From NCBI GenBank assembly GCA_032718475.1, contig JAUCBJ010001286.1:62001-126000 (forward strand): 64,000 nucleotides of DNA, written 5' to 3'. Source of the DNA: Nemertoderma westbladi (lineage: Eukaryota > Animalia > Xenacoelomorpha). Shown here piece after piece: positions 50,041 through 60,179 of this stretch; position 1 is the first letter of the stretch, and each line of letters starts with the position of its first letter. The translations under genes and the position numbers were made by a program. The notes below the pieces were generated by a model. The model ran no database searches. It was not told the origin of the DNA and saw only the letters and a program-made list of their open reading frames with translations.

Positions 50041-51343
50041 TTTATTATTCAGAGTTTATGCGATTATTCGCAACATTCATGTCCCCAAGTTTATTCCTAC
50101 AGTAATTGTGTTTGTTACACATACCGTTATAGTTAAATTAACCCCGGTACTACACGGGCTGCTTGGCGTAGGAAAAGACTGGTGACTTTGTGCTTCGGTC
50201 ACTCCAGCAGATGCCGTGGTTCTTTTAACTGTTCAAGTATATTTAACTACTGATTATTTGTTGTACCGGTACTTGTACCTAATTTAGGGTTTAGTGTACA
50301 GTGCTTTCCGAAAGTAATTAGTGTATAGGCAGTGTATTGTGTTGTAAAGTGGTTAATAGGCACGTTGGATCTGGTAGTCCGCGGTAATTAACTTCTAGGT
50401 AGGAACACTCCGTGATACATAACGTAGTACCTATAGCGATACGGCTATAGGTCGTCAGGTGGTGGTATTTTTCCTATCTGGACAGTGCAATATATTTACT
50501 ACTACATATTATTTTCAAATACCGTAGTACCCTGTCCGTTGTAATAACCAGAAATCTAACCCTTTGTTAGGCTGGTTTGTAGACTTCCTGTAAAATTACC
50601 CTAAAATTTCGTACGTAATATTTTTGTTGTGTTTAATTAGAGAATAAATCTCACCGTATCGTAAGTAATTTGTAGTATTAAGTAACTTAGGTAAATTAGA
50701 ATTATCTGTTTTAGTGTCCAATAAATAGCACTTCACTAAGAGCGCCCAGCTTCTGTGTAGTGACCCCCCAGAAATAATAACATTTATTTCGAATATTGAC
50801 AAAACCCATTTTAAACGGGTATATAAATATTATAAATCAACTCAAACGATTTATAAATAGTAGGCCTGCCATACAACAACTAGGTCTCAATATCAGTTGG
50901 ACTACTGCTTAAATAACGGTAATAAAGTAAGTTAAAGTAACCAAGTAACCCTAAAATATTCAGAAATTCAATTATTCTAAAATAATTGACATACCGGTAT
51001 TTACCATAGGCTTATTATATTTATTTCTATAAATTTGAGCTGAAATCATACCGGTATTCTGTAATTAATTCTAGTTCATAATTATACTTATATATACTAT
51101 AAGTGTAAGCTGTATACCGGTATTCACGATAGGCCTATTATATATTTATATATATTTGTGCTAAATTTATATACCGGTACTCTGTGACAAAACTAGTTTA
51201 CAATACTTATATATATTATAAGTGCATACCGGTATTCTAATATACTGCAATAAATTACCGGTACTAGGCCAACGGTCATACTGAATTACTAGACTTGCTT
51301 TAACTATAACTATAGCAGTAAGCATTCAACTGTATAGCTAAAC

Positions 51344-54300
51344 ATGTCTGACACCCAGCAAAACCTGTCAGACAGTCTAATCGATACAACCATCTGTGAC
51401 ACAGATAGGAGTGTGGAGCGATTAAGAAAGGAGTTCAGCTCACCTCCTACTGAAAGAAAGGTCATCCCTCCAGTAGAAGTATCAGACCCTAAGCTAATCC
51501 AACACCGTAGGTCTATCATCGGCACTCGGGCCCAAGTCAAACGGAACCAGGAAGCAGCTGTCCCACAGCAGCAACAGCCTAGTCAAGAAACTTGTTCCCA
51601 GCGATCCGATAGCTCCAGTAATTCGGATACTGTCGAGCTGACCCCCGAACGCGGATTGCAGATGGCGGCTAAAGCCTACTCGGACCCCCTTCTCACCCTT
51701 CCTGCCGCAGTGCTAACTACTATATTGATTGCAGTGGAGGAACATCAAGCCGATTGGGCGAGAAGTAAGCGAGCGACCCAAGATAATTATGCGGGATACG
51801 CCAGGGAAGAATTGATGTCTATTGTCGAGTCACAATGGAACTTTCCCGGACCCGGACTCCCATTAGATCTGTCCGAAGCTACTTGGGAAGACATACACAG
51901 GATGGGAGTGACTAAAGATACAATGGATCCAGCTGTTTGGAAGAGGTCGGCAGCAGGATATGTGCAGGGATTCTTCGGCTCCTTAGAGCGATTGGAAGAA
52001 AGACTGTTTCGACAACCCCAAGGACCTCAAGAGCAGGAAGAGCTGCTATATCAAGTACGCGAAAGAACCCTACGCATTAGACTAATCCTATCAGCCTTTG
52101 AGGAAACTTCCAAAAGAAGACAGGACACGTCGCTGCAGGTTGCTGTCAAAACTTGGTTCCAGCGGGTAGGTCTCAAAGTACAAGAAACGGACCAGTGGAA
52201 ATCCCAGCTGTCTGAGAGACTAACCTATGAAGAACCAACCGATGTCACCCTTTCTCAAGTGGAAGGTGAAGAGACCGCAGAGAGACCACAAATGAGAGAC
52301 GCCATCGACATATATCTGTCCGACTATCAGCGATTCCTAGGAGACGAAGAGTTGAGGAGATGGCTGTCTGGACTTTCCCCTAATAGTGAAGGAACCCAGC
52401 GTGTGTTAGACTCAATCGATGCTGAAATGTTAGCTGCTAACCAAGCTGAGTTTGATGAAAAACTCCGCCTCACTAGAGTCCAAGAAGAACTAGTAAAGAA
52501 AAAACGGATAGAGGACCGAAAGGCAGCTGCAGTAACAGCGGCAATGGCCGAAGTGGAAGCGGAAAGAAAAGCAGCGGCGGCAGAAGTAGAAGCAGAAAGA
52601 AAGGCAGCGGCGGCAGAAGCAGAAGTAGAAAGAAAAGCAGCAGAAGCAGAAAGAAAGGCAGCGGCGGCAGAAGCAGAAGCAGAAAGAAAAGCAGCAGAAG
52701 CAGAAAGAAAGGCAGCGGCGGCAGAAGCAGAAGCAGAAAGAAAAGCAGCAAAGGCAGTGGCAGAAGCAGAACGGAGAGCCTCTGAGGAGACTACCCAACT
52801 GGAGTTGGAAAATCTGCAAGAGACGCAAGACAACATAAATAAACAGTTAACTGCTAGTCACATGCAGATGATGAGAAAATCTACTCCCAAACGCCAGGGA
52901 TATACGTCATCGGAGGAAAGCGAAACCACCGATCCTGAAGGTGGAGGAAATAGATCTCGTCTAAGCAGGCGTAGAAAAACATCTTACCGTCACAAATTGC
53001 CTGATTTGCCTCCAGCTGTTAGAAGACAACTAGCTAGCACAGACTTAAGTAGTATAGAACCTACAGACCAAATTATTAAGGTCAAAAAACTCCCTACTAT
53101 AGTTGATGAGCCTGAAATAATTAGGCCTGTCGTTCCCAAAGTCACTCCTGTGTTAGAGACCCCTGTACTTCCAGAGCTTAACTCTAAATTCCCTTTACAC
53201 AGTACTACACTGCCTGTGCCCGGTAGAACAGTCCATGAGAATATCCCTGTCCTGGAAGCTGAGAGAGAAATCAAAGATTTGTCTCCCGTCGTCCCACGTC
53301 AGCCCGCTACAATGTTGGCGACTCCCGCTTCGGCGGTCGAGTGGGTAGAGGAGGGACGGCGGGGGATGAATCTCCTGCTCGGACAGATGCAGGAGACTGT
53401 CCAACAGCTTAAGGGAACAGTAAGGGAAGGTAGGGCAGAATTGCAAGAAGTGCAGCAAAGTATCGCACTGGAACGCGACAAATTAGTCAATATACAAAAA
53501 GGTATACCAATACCCCCTGTAAAATTGTGTCAACCTGTTAGGTCTGAAGTATTACATGCGCAAGGTGTGGAGCCTACACGCATCTATACTGCTAGTGAAG
53601 TAGAAACTCCTATAGCAAACCCTATTAAGGGTGATTATAGACCTGTTATTAATGATATCCCCTATAGACCTGACAATGATCCGAGAAATTTATATACCGA
53701 TAATTCGATATTAAATAACACGATGGCCCAAGAAAGCTTTACGCGTCAGATGGCTAGAACAGAAGCCCGCCAAGCGGTTAAAGTGGGAGAGATCGTCAAA
53801 TTCAATGGAGATGAGATGAAATGGTTACCTTTCAACGAATATTACAAAGACAGCATACAGAACTCTGTGCTATCTAACGGAGAGAAACTTAGGTTCCTCA
53901 TCAAGTGCTTGGAAGGACCTCCCAGGTTAATGGCGTTAAAGTTTATTGGACATCCAGAAGGATTAAGACAAGTATGGGATACATTAAACATCAGGTATGG
54001 TAACAAGGATAACATAGCTAAGTATTTGTATGCAAAATTAGTAGCCCCCCGACACTTCCTTAGTAGCGGGATTATAGAGTTTTCCGATGAAATTCAGGAG
54101 ATCTGTAGACAATTGGACTGGTTAGGTAAGTCTCATGAATATCAGAGTTCCATGGTTATTGGAGCCGTAGTCTCTACTTTACCAAAGGGTGGAGTATGTA
54201 CACGCTGGGACAAGAAAGTGTTGTACATGAATGAACAACAACGACGAAGTCCTACCATGGCTGATCTCATGTCCTTCTTAGATGGTGAGGTAAAACTACA

Positions 54301-57091
54301 ACTCATCAAGCAGTCCAGAGAGAAAACATCGGAAAATAAGGTAAGTGAGAAACCCGCTTCTAGGAGAAGAGTAACACCGGTGTGTTACACTGACGACGGC
54401 GAAAGCCAAGCTTCTCAAGAAGAGGACAGCGGGAAAGACACAGATCGATCTTACTATGTTGACAAAACCTCAAAAGACGTAAGTAAATACAAGGCTCGAA
54501 ACAACGATAGGAGAGAACAGGTTGCCAAGACCCCTCCTCAGTCTCCTAACAGAATGCACCGAAGAAAATCCGAAGAAAAAACGAGAGTGCATCAAGTTAC
54601 CCAAGGTAAAGTGAGTAACATAAAACCTAACTGTGCGCTGTGCGACGGGACCCACCGTTTGAGTGCGTGTGCTGAATTTCTAAAGAAATCCCTTGTAGAC
54701 AGATGTGCAGTCGTGTGGGACAAGCGGTTATGCTATAATTGCCTCAGACCAGGACACCAACGGCGAACCTGTTACTCCGACATAAAGTGTGCAAAGTGTG
54801 GCGCGAAACATCACATCTTGTTACACAGTGAGTTCGAACGAGACAAACTGAGTCAGGTAAGTGAGCCCAAACTACATGTCCAATTCAGTGATGTAAACGA
54901 CACTGATCAAGAATCTGAGATGGAAGGATTCTATACTGACGAATTCTCCGACGCCAACGAATCCTGTTATCTAATCAATACCGCAGTGTATCGAGCACTT
55001 ACTTATGAAAAGGACACCAACAATGAGTTTCCCCCAACTACTTTTGCCAAACAACCATCTTGGAAAGCTCCAACTTCCAACGTAGGAATCAGAGAATTTC
55101 CTGTAGTGCAGGTAAGAGTTCACGGTCCTAACAAAAGTTACATAGTGAACGCACTCCTTGACTCCGGCAGCACAGGAACATTCATCGATCAAGAATTAGC
55201 CGAAGATATCTTTGCTGGACAACCCAAATTCCGGACTAAATTGAATATGTCAGGAATTATGCAGGTTTGGAAATCTACCTTAACGGCAGATTACTATGTA
55301 GGTGTGTTGTCCACCCCCCAGGATAAGTTAGGAGCACAAGGTATAAGGTCGGTAAAAATGGTGGCTATAAAGAACTTCGCTACTACTCAAGCAGACCTTT
55401 ATAATTGGGATGAGGATGAGAGCATCCAACATCTTAAGATACCTCGATTCCAGACAGATTATCCTGGAGTACAAATACTCATCGGCCAAAACGCGCATGA
55501 GGCGCTCGAAACATTGGAGAAACGGCCTGCTCAACCACAGCCACTGCAAACCTATGCGGTAAGAACTAGAGTAGGTTGGTACTTTACTGGCCCTTCCCGC
55601 AGGACTCTCGAAGAGAGAATGCCACAAGAACAAACATACCAAGTAAACGATTGGGAAGGGGAGAGCAGTGATGTGGACGAACTAACTGAGGGAACACCGT
55701 ACTCCTCAGATAATGACGACATCTACCAACTCTTCGATGAAGAGAACACAATCGACCTACTTACAGAAAACCAAACTTGGAAAAATCAGGTGAACCTATG
55801 TCAACTGATTCGCCCATCGGAACCCATCGCTTACAATGACGAACTAAACGATGAGATAGAGCGCTACAACGCTAGAACTCGGGACGAACTAGCCGTACGA
55901 TTCTTTACTCAGGAACTGGTAGAGCCCAATTCATATGATAAGGCTCTATCGATAGAAGAAGAAAGAGCCAAGCAAATCCAGGAAACAACTACACGTTTTT
56001 TAAGGGACCAAGGTAGATATGAAATCGGCCTACCATTTCGAAAACGAGAACCTAGATTTATAAATAACAGACCCTTGGCAGAGAAAAGAATCGCTCAATT
56101 ACATCGACGCCTTACAGCTAATGCTTCAGCGAAAGAAATGTACCAAACTCAGCTGAAGAAATTTATAACAAAGGGATACGCGGAGCGAGTACCGGAAGGA
56201 ACACCAGTGACTGAGAGAACGTATTACTTAACACATCATTACGTTCCCAAACCCGGTAAACCCCACGAAGTACGAGTCGTATTCGATGGCTCCGCCCTAT
56301 ATATGGGCCAATCCCTCAATTCCGAGTTTTTACCAGGACCCAACTTACTCCAATCTTTGTTGGGAATACTTTTAAGATTAAGACAATATTCCATCGCGTT
56401 CGCCTCAGATATAGAAGGAATGTTCTTACAAGTCAAGGCGCTGGATAGAGATAGAGACAGCCTGAGATTTCTGTGGTGGCCTGAAGGAGACCTCAATCAG
56501 AAACCGGTAGAGTACTGGATGACCATCCAGGCTTTTGGAATCATATCAAGCCCTTCCAACGCCTGCTCCGTGGTGCGAACCACTGCGAATGACAACCGAG
56601 ACTCCTTCTCAAAAGAAGTGATAGACAACATAAAACGCAATATATACATGGACGACAATTTAAGGTCCCTTCCATCAGTAGAAGAAGCCATAGCTGTCGC
56701 GAAAGGAACGGTAGAGTGTTTGAAAAGAGGTGGATTTCGACTGACGAAATTCACTAGCAACTCCCGTGAGTTTCTGGAAGCCATACCGGTAGAAGACCGA
56801 GGAACGAAAGACCTAGACTTAATAAAGGACGATCTTCCTGAAACCAAGACGCTAGGCTTGAAGTGGGACACTGAAAGAGACATCCTGTTTTTTCAGTTAA
56901 AACAGCGAGATAATCCAGTTCGGACCAAACGGATTTGTTTAAGTATCCTGAGCACTTATTTCGACCCATTGGGATTTATTAGCCCAGTTATATTGATTGC
57001 TCGGAGTTTAGTACAACAAATGTGGCTTGAAAACCACTCATGGGACGATCCGCTTACTCATGGGACGATCCGCTTAAGGGAGAATTGTTAA
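51344..57091 (+). CDS. BEL/Pao Gag-protease-reverse transcriptase polyprotein, truncated by a frameshift
   Basis: 1915 aa. DUF1759-like FNGDEMKWLPF...EKLRFLIKCLEG; Zn motifs CALCDGTHRLSAC, CYNCLRPGHQRRTC, CAKCGAKHHILLH; protease ALLDSGS; RT RVVFDGS, SDIEGMFLQV, YMDD; YFDPLG. Confidence 0.95.
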   Translation: MSDTQQNLSDSLIDTTICDTDRSVERLRKEFSSPPTERKVIPPVEVSDPKLIQHRRSIIGTRAQVKRNQEAAVPQQQQPSQETCSQRSDSSSNSDTVELTPERGLQMAAKAYSDPLLTLPAAVLTTILIAVEEHQADWARSKRATQDNYAGYAREELMSIVESQWNFPGPGLPLDLSEATWEDIHRMGVTKDTMDPAVWKRSAAGYVQGFFGSLERLEERLFRQPQGPQEQEELLYQVRERTLRIRLILSAFEETSKRRQDTSLQVAVKTWFQRVGLKVQETDQWKSQLSERLTYEEPTDVTLSQVEGEETAERPQMRDAIDIYLSDYQRFLGDEELRRWLSGLSPNSEGTQRVLDSIDAEMLAANQAEFDEKLRLTRVQEELVKKKRIEDRKAAAVTAAMAEVEAERKAAAAEVEAERKAAAAEAEVERKAAEAERKAAAAEAEAERKAAEAERKAAAAEAEAERKAAKAVAEAERRASEETTQLELENLQETQDNINKQLTASHMQMMRKSTPKRQGYTSSEESETTDPEGGGNRSRLSRRRKTSYRHKLPDLPPAVRRQLASTDLSSIEPTDQIIKVKKLPTIVDEPEIIRPVVPKVTPVLETPVLPELNSKFPLHSTTLPVPGRTVHENIPVLEAEREIKDLSPVVPRQPATMLATPASAVEWVEEGRRGMNLLLGQMQETVQQLKGTVREGRAELQEVQQSIALERDKLVNIQKGIPIPPVKLCQPVRSEVLHAQGVEPTRIYTASEVETPIANPIKGDYRPVINDIPYRPDNDPRNLYTDNSILNNTMAQESFTRQMARTEARQAVKVGEIVKFNGDEMKWLPFNEYYKDSIQNSVLSNGEKLRFLIKCLEGPPRLMALKFIGHPEGLRQVWDTLNIRYGNKDNIAKYLYAKLVAPRHFLSSGIIEFSDEIQEICRQLDWLGKSHEYQSSMVIGAVVSTLPKGGVCTRWDKKVLYMNEQQRRSPTMADLMSFLDGEVKLQLIKQSREKTSENKVSEKPASRRRVTPVCYTDDGESQASQEEDSGKDTDRSYYVDKTSKDVSKYKARNNDRREQVAKTPPQSPNRMHRRKSEEKTRVHQVTQGKVSNIKPNCALCDGTHRLSACAEFLKKSLVDRCAVVWDKRLCYNCLRPGHQRRTCYSDIKCAKCGAKHHILLHSEFERDKLSQVSEPKLHVQFSDVNDTDQESEMEGFYTDEFSDANESCYLINTAVYRALTYEKDTNNEFPPTTFAKQPSWKAPTSNVGIREFPVVQVRVHGPNKSYIVNALLDSGSTGTFIDQELAEDIFAGQPKFRTKLNMSGIMQVWKSTLTADYYVGVLSTPQDKLGAQGIRSVKMVAIKNFATTQADLYNWDEDESIQHLKIPRFQTDYPGVQILIGQNAHEALETLEKRPAQPQPLQTYAVRTRVGWYFTGPSRRTLEERMPQEQTYQVNDWEGESSDVDELTEGTPYSSDNDDIYQLFDEENTIDLLTENQTWKNQVNLCQLIRPSEPIAYNDELNDEIERYNARTRDELAVRFFTQELVEPNSYDKALSIEEERAKQIQETTTRFLRDQGRYEIGLPFRKREPRFINNRPLAEKRIAQLHRRLTANASAKEMYQTQLKKFITKGYAERVPEGTPVTERTYYLTHHYVPKPGKPHEVRVVFDGSALYMGQSLNSEFLPGPNLLQSLLGILLRLRQYSIAFASDIEGMFLQVKALDRDRDSLRFLWWPEGDLNQKPVEYWMTIQAFGIISSPSNACSVVRTTANDNRDSFSKEVIDNIKRNIYMDDNLRSLPSVEEAIAVAKGTVECLKRGGFRLTKFTSNSREFLEAIPVEDRGTKDLDLIKDDLPETKTLGLKWDTERDILFFQLKQRDNPVRTKRICLSILSTYFDPLGFISPVILIARSLVQQMWLENHSWDDPLTHGTIRLRENC

Positions 57092-59100
57092 AGAAATGGA
57101 TGAAATGGGAAGATTCTCTACCTGCCATCGAGAACTTTATAATTTCCCGTGCATATTTTGGCCATGTTCTTCCTACGTATTCTTATCAACTCCATGTGTT
57201 TGGAGACGCCAGCGACATGGGAATAGGTATAGTAGCATATCTGCGAGTCGAAACTCCGGATGGAATCAAAGTCGCCTTGGTTACCTCTAAGGCATTGATT
57301 AACAACGAGTTAAAAGTTCCTCGAGCGGAGTTAAAGGCGGCTTTATACGCTACAGCCATCGGCCGGAACGTAACGGAACAAATCGACTATCCACTGGAGA
57401 AAACGGTTTATTGGACCGACGCTTTACTCGTGTTGGAGTATCTAACCAATGAAGTCTGTCAGTTCAGCGTTTTTGTTACTAACAGAGTAGCTATTATTCT
57501 TAGTCGCACAAAGATAGATCAATGGAGACATTGCCCTGGTACGATTAATCCAGCCGATATTGCCTCCAGGGGAGCAACTCCACAGGAACTGATAGATACT
57601 CCAGATTGGTTGGGTGGACCCGACTTCCTGAGCAAGGAAGAGGATGAATGGCCTCCTCACCTTACTACGGCAGAGATTAGACAAGCCAAGGGAGCGGAGA
57701 CAGTCAAACCTAAAACCCGGGCGAGTAAATCGAAGTTATTTAAACCGACTATCGATCTATCTGTATTACATACTTCCGGGAATGATGCTTCGGATCCACA
57801 ATCCCTCAACACAAATAAGTCTGTTGTGGAAATTAGAGATAGAGATTGGAAATCTGGAATACCAGACGTCTCGCAAGGAATCTCACCCATGCTGCAGAGA
57901 GCAATGCATCATTACAGTTCCTGGAATCGGCTCTGTAAAGCCGTCACATATTTGAGACGATGTTTTCATCATCACTACTCCAGGACGAAGACCACTAGTG
58001 ATAACGCTCCATTGACATCTGCACAAGTTCATGTTATTAAAAATTTACCCAAATATAAGACATCTGACCGTTTTCTAAAGGAGAAAATTAGTCACCAGGA
58101 GCATGAAGAAACCAATAAGCAGATACTGAGACTCCTGCAATGCTATGAGGATTCCGAAAAGTATTTCCTGTTGTTGAGAAATTTGCAGATGCGCTTAAGG
58201 GATCGATTCTCGAGCACAATGATAGATGGGCTAATACGTGTTGGAGGAAGACTCACCAATGCGCCCTTATCCTTTGACACCAAATTCCCCATACTTATTA
58301 GAAATCTTGAAGTACAAATCAAGATGATTGTAGATGTTCACAGTAAACTTTATCATGCTGGTAGAGAACGAATTCTTAGCGAAATTCGAACTCGCTATTA
58401 TTTTGATAAACCCCGTAGAGCTCTGAACCAAGTTCTTAGGAACTGCATACCCTGTAGGAAAGCATTCAGTAGGCCTTTAACACAGCGAGAGGCAGAATTA
58501 CCTAGGGAACGAGTAAGCTTCTATGAACCACCTTTTACTAATACTGGTGTAGATTTATTTGGCCCTATTGAAGTATATCGTGCTAGGACTATAGTCAAGA
58601 GATGGTGTGTCATCTTCGTGTGCACGACTTGTAGAGCCATCCATCTCGATATGGTGAACGATCTATCTACCAACAGCTTCGTCTTAAGTTTACGACGACA
58701 GATCGCTCGCTTCGGGACGAGTAATACCATGAGATCGGATAAGGGAACGAACTTCATTGGTGCCAACAACGAAATACAGGCTTACGTGAAGGACTGGAAC
58801 CAAAGACAGGTGGACGACCAGCTAAGGATAACAGCGTCTAGCTGGACCTTCAATGCCGCCGACGCCCCTTGGTGGGGAGGAAGTTGGGAGAGATTAATTC
58901 GAAGTGTCAAAACCGCATTTCACTTTATAGTGCCATGCCGCGCGTATCTCACCGACGAACTTTTGCGGACATTAATGGAGGAAATAGCTGCCTATCTCAA
59001 CGAGAGACCGCTTATGCCAGTCTCATCGAGTCCCGATTCCTTGGAAGCTCTAACACCCGCGCACTTCCTACTGAAGAAACCTGTAGCCATTACATCATAG
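57056..59100 (+). CDS. BEL/Pao RNase H - integrase portion of Pol (continuation after the frameshift)
   Basis: LHVFGDAS, PRAELKAA, YWTDA and NPADIASRG (RNase H); H..H..CIPC zinc domain; DDE core GVDLFGP / SDKGTNF / GGSWERLI; ends LTPAHFLLKKPVAITS*. Confidence 0.93.
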
Positions 59101-60101
59101 AATGGTATCAAGGTCCACAGTGTCTCACTGCGTACGATTATCGACATGCCAACTATGTTTCTAGGCAACGTTGTCGGTTATGCGCATCGAGAGACCACGA
59201 TACGCCCATGGACACCAACGTCCGCTGTTCCTATTTCCAAGACCAACCGACTATGGAAATTTATTGCGCATATTGCAGACTCAATAACTTGCATATCTTT
59301 GCGGTTTGCCCTCAATTTATGACTCAATGTCACCATTGTCAATTAAAGGGACATGCCAGTTTCGACTGCCCTTTTAATCACGATTTGGAAAGCGTAGATG
59401 AAATGATCACACTACGTTACATCAGAGCTTGGGAAGCGAACGCTGATTTACATTGTGATTCGCGCCATCGCTATTATCCCGGACGCGCTTACGAAGGAGT
59501 TTATGCGTTCCATCCTTATCTATTTGCTTCGGTTGAACAGAAATCACGCATATCAAGTTACGAGCTACTGAAGCGCGTCGGAGAATGTATTTCACCCAAA
59601 TTCGTACGCAAATTCCTCAGGAGTGTTAATCCTAGCGACCTTCATTCCTATAACTTAATCAATTATATCCGTCAGGATCCGGACTATGGAGACTTGTTTG
59701 TTAACTCACACCCCGAGTTACAGGAAGTATATCGACGGCCTTACGAATACCGAGCCCGCGAACGTGAGTTGGAAAGGACCATTAAACCCCGGAGGTTTCT
59801 AACTGCCTATGGTCCACCCACGGCCCTCGTTCAGACCACTCGTAAAGGACCCGTAAGAGCGGCTGTCTTGAAACGAGCTCTCAAAGCCGTTAGACCCCTC
59901 TCCCCTGACGTTGATGTCAATCAACCCGGTACTTCGACTGGCGGATACACCGACCATAATCCTACACCCTCTGATGCAATCATATTGCACCCTTCACCCA
60001 GGAGTTATAGCCCTCCTTGTAAAGTGGCTCGCCCCAAAGAGAAAAGGACTCTGGCTAGCTTTAAAAAACTGCGTAAACGCCGTCCGCGCAAGAAAGACTG
60101 A
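58935..60101 (+). CDS. Accessory ORF3 of the retrotransposon: triple CCHC-type zinc-finger protein with a basic C-terminal NLS-like tail
   Basis: Open frame 58842-60101; first ATG at 58935 gives 388 aa; 334 codons lie beyond the pol stop. Motifs CRLCASRDH-x9-C, CAYCRLNNLHIFAVC and CHHCQLKGHASFDC; ends KKLRKRRPRKKD. True start uncertain. Confidence 0.7.
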   Translation: MPRVSHRRTFADINGGNSCLSQRETAYASLIESRFLGSSNTRALPTEETCSHYIIEWYQGPQCLTAYDYRHANYVSRQRCRLCASRDHDTPMDTNVRCSYFQDQPTMEIYCAYCRLNNLHIFAVCPQFMTQCHHCQLKGHASFDCPFNHDLESVDEMITLRYIRAWEANADLHCDSRHRYYPGRAYEGVYAFHPYLFASVEQKSRISSYELLKRVGECISPKFVRKFLRSVNPSDLHSYNLINYIRQDPDYGDLFVNSHPELQEVYRRPYEYRARERELERTIKPRRFLTAYGPPTALVQTTRKGPVRAAVLKRALKAVRPLSPDVDVNQPGTSTGGYTDHNPTPSDAIILHPSPRSYSPPCKVARPKEKRTLASFKKLRKRRPRKKD

Positions 60102-60171
60102 CTGTTTAGAGTATTTACGTATATTAGAAACTGTGATTTTGTATATTTTATAGACTCAAATCCCATTTTCT

Positions 60172-60179
60172 GGGAGCGG
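60172..60179 (+). other. Short polypurine tract (plus-strand primer)
   Basis: GGGAGCGG immediately before the TGT of the 3' LTR. Confidence 0.55.

Noticed and set aside
52327-52836. Hydrophobic antisense ORFs over gag; similar ORFs over the 14 bp arrays and NSRP1
   Set aside because: Shadow frames of low-complexity repeats.
57036-57091. Programmed ribosomal frameshift between the two pol ORFs
   Set aside because: The break is fully explained by an exact 20 bp duplication and falls within the RT-RNase H connection.
58869-60101. ORF3 as an envelope gene
   Set aside because: No signal peptide or transmembrane segment is evident; it has zinc knuckles and a basic tail instead. The track start at 58869 is a TTG.
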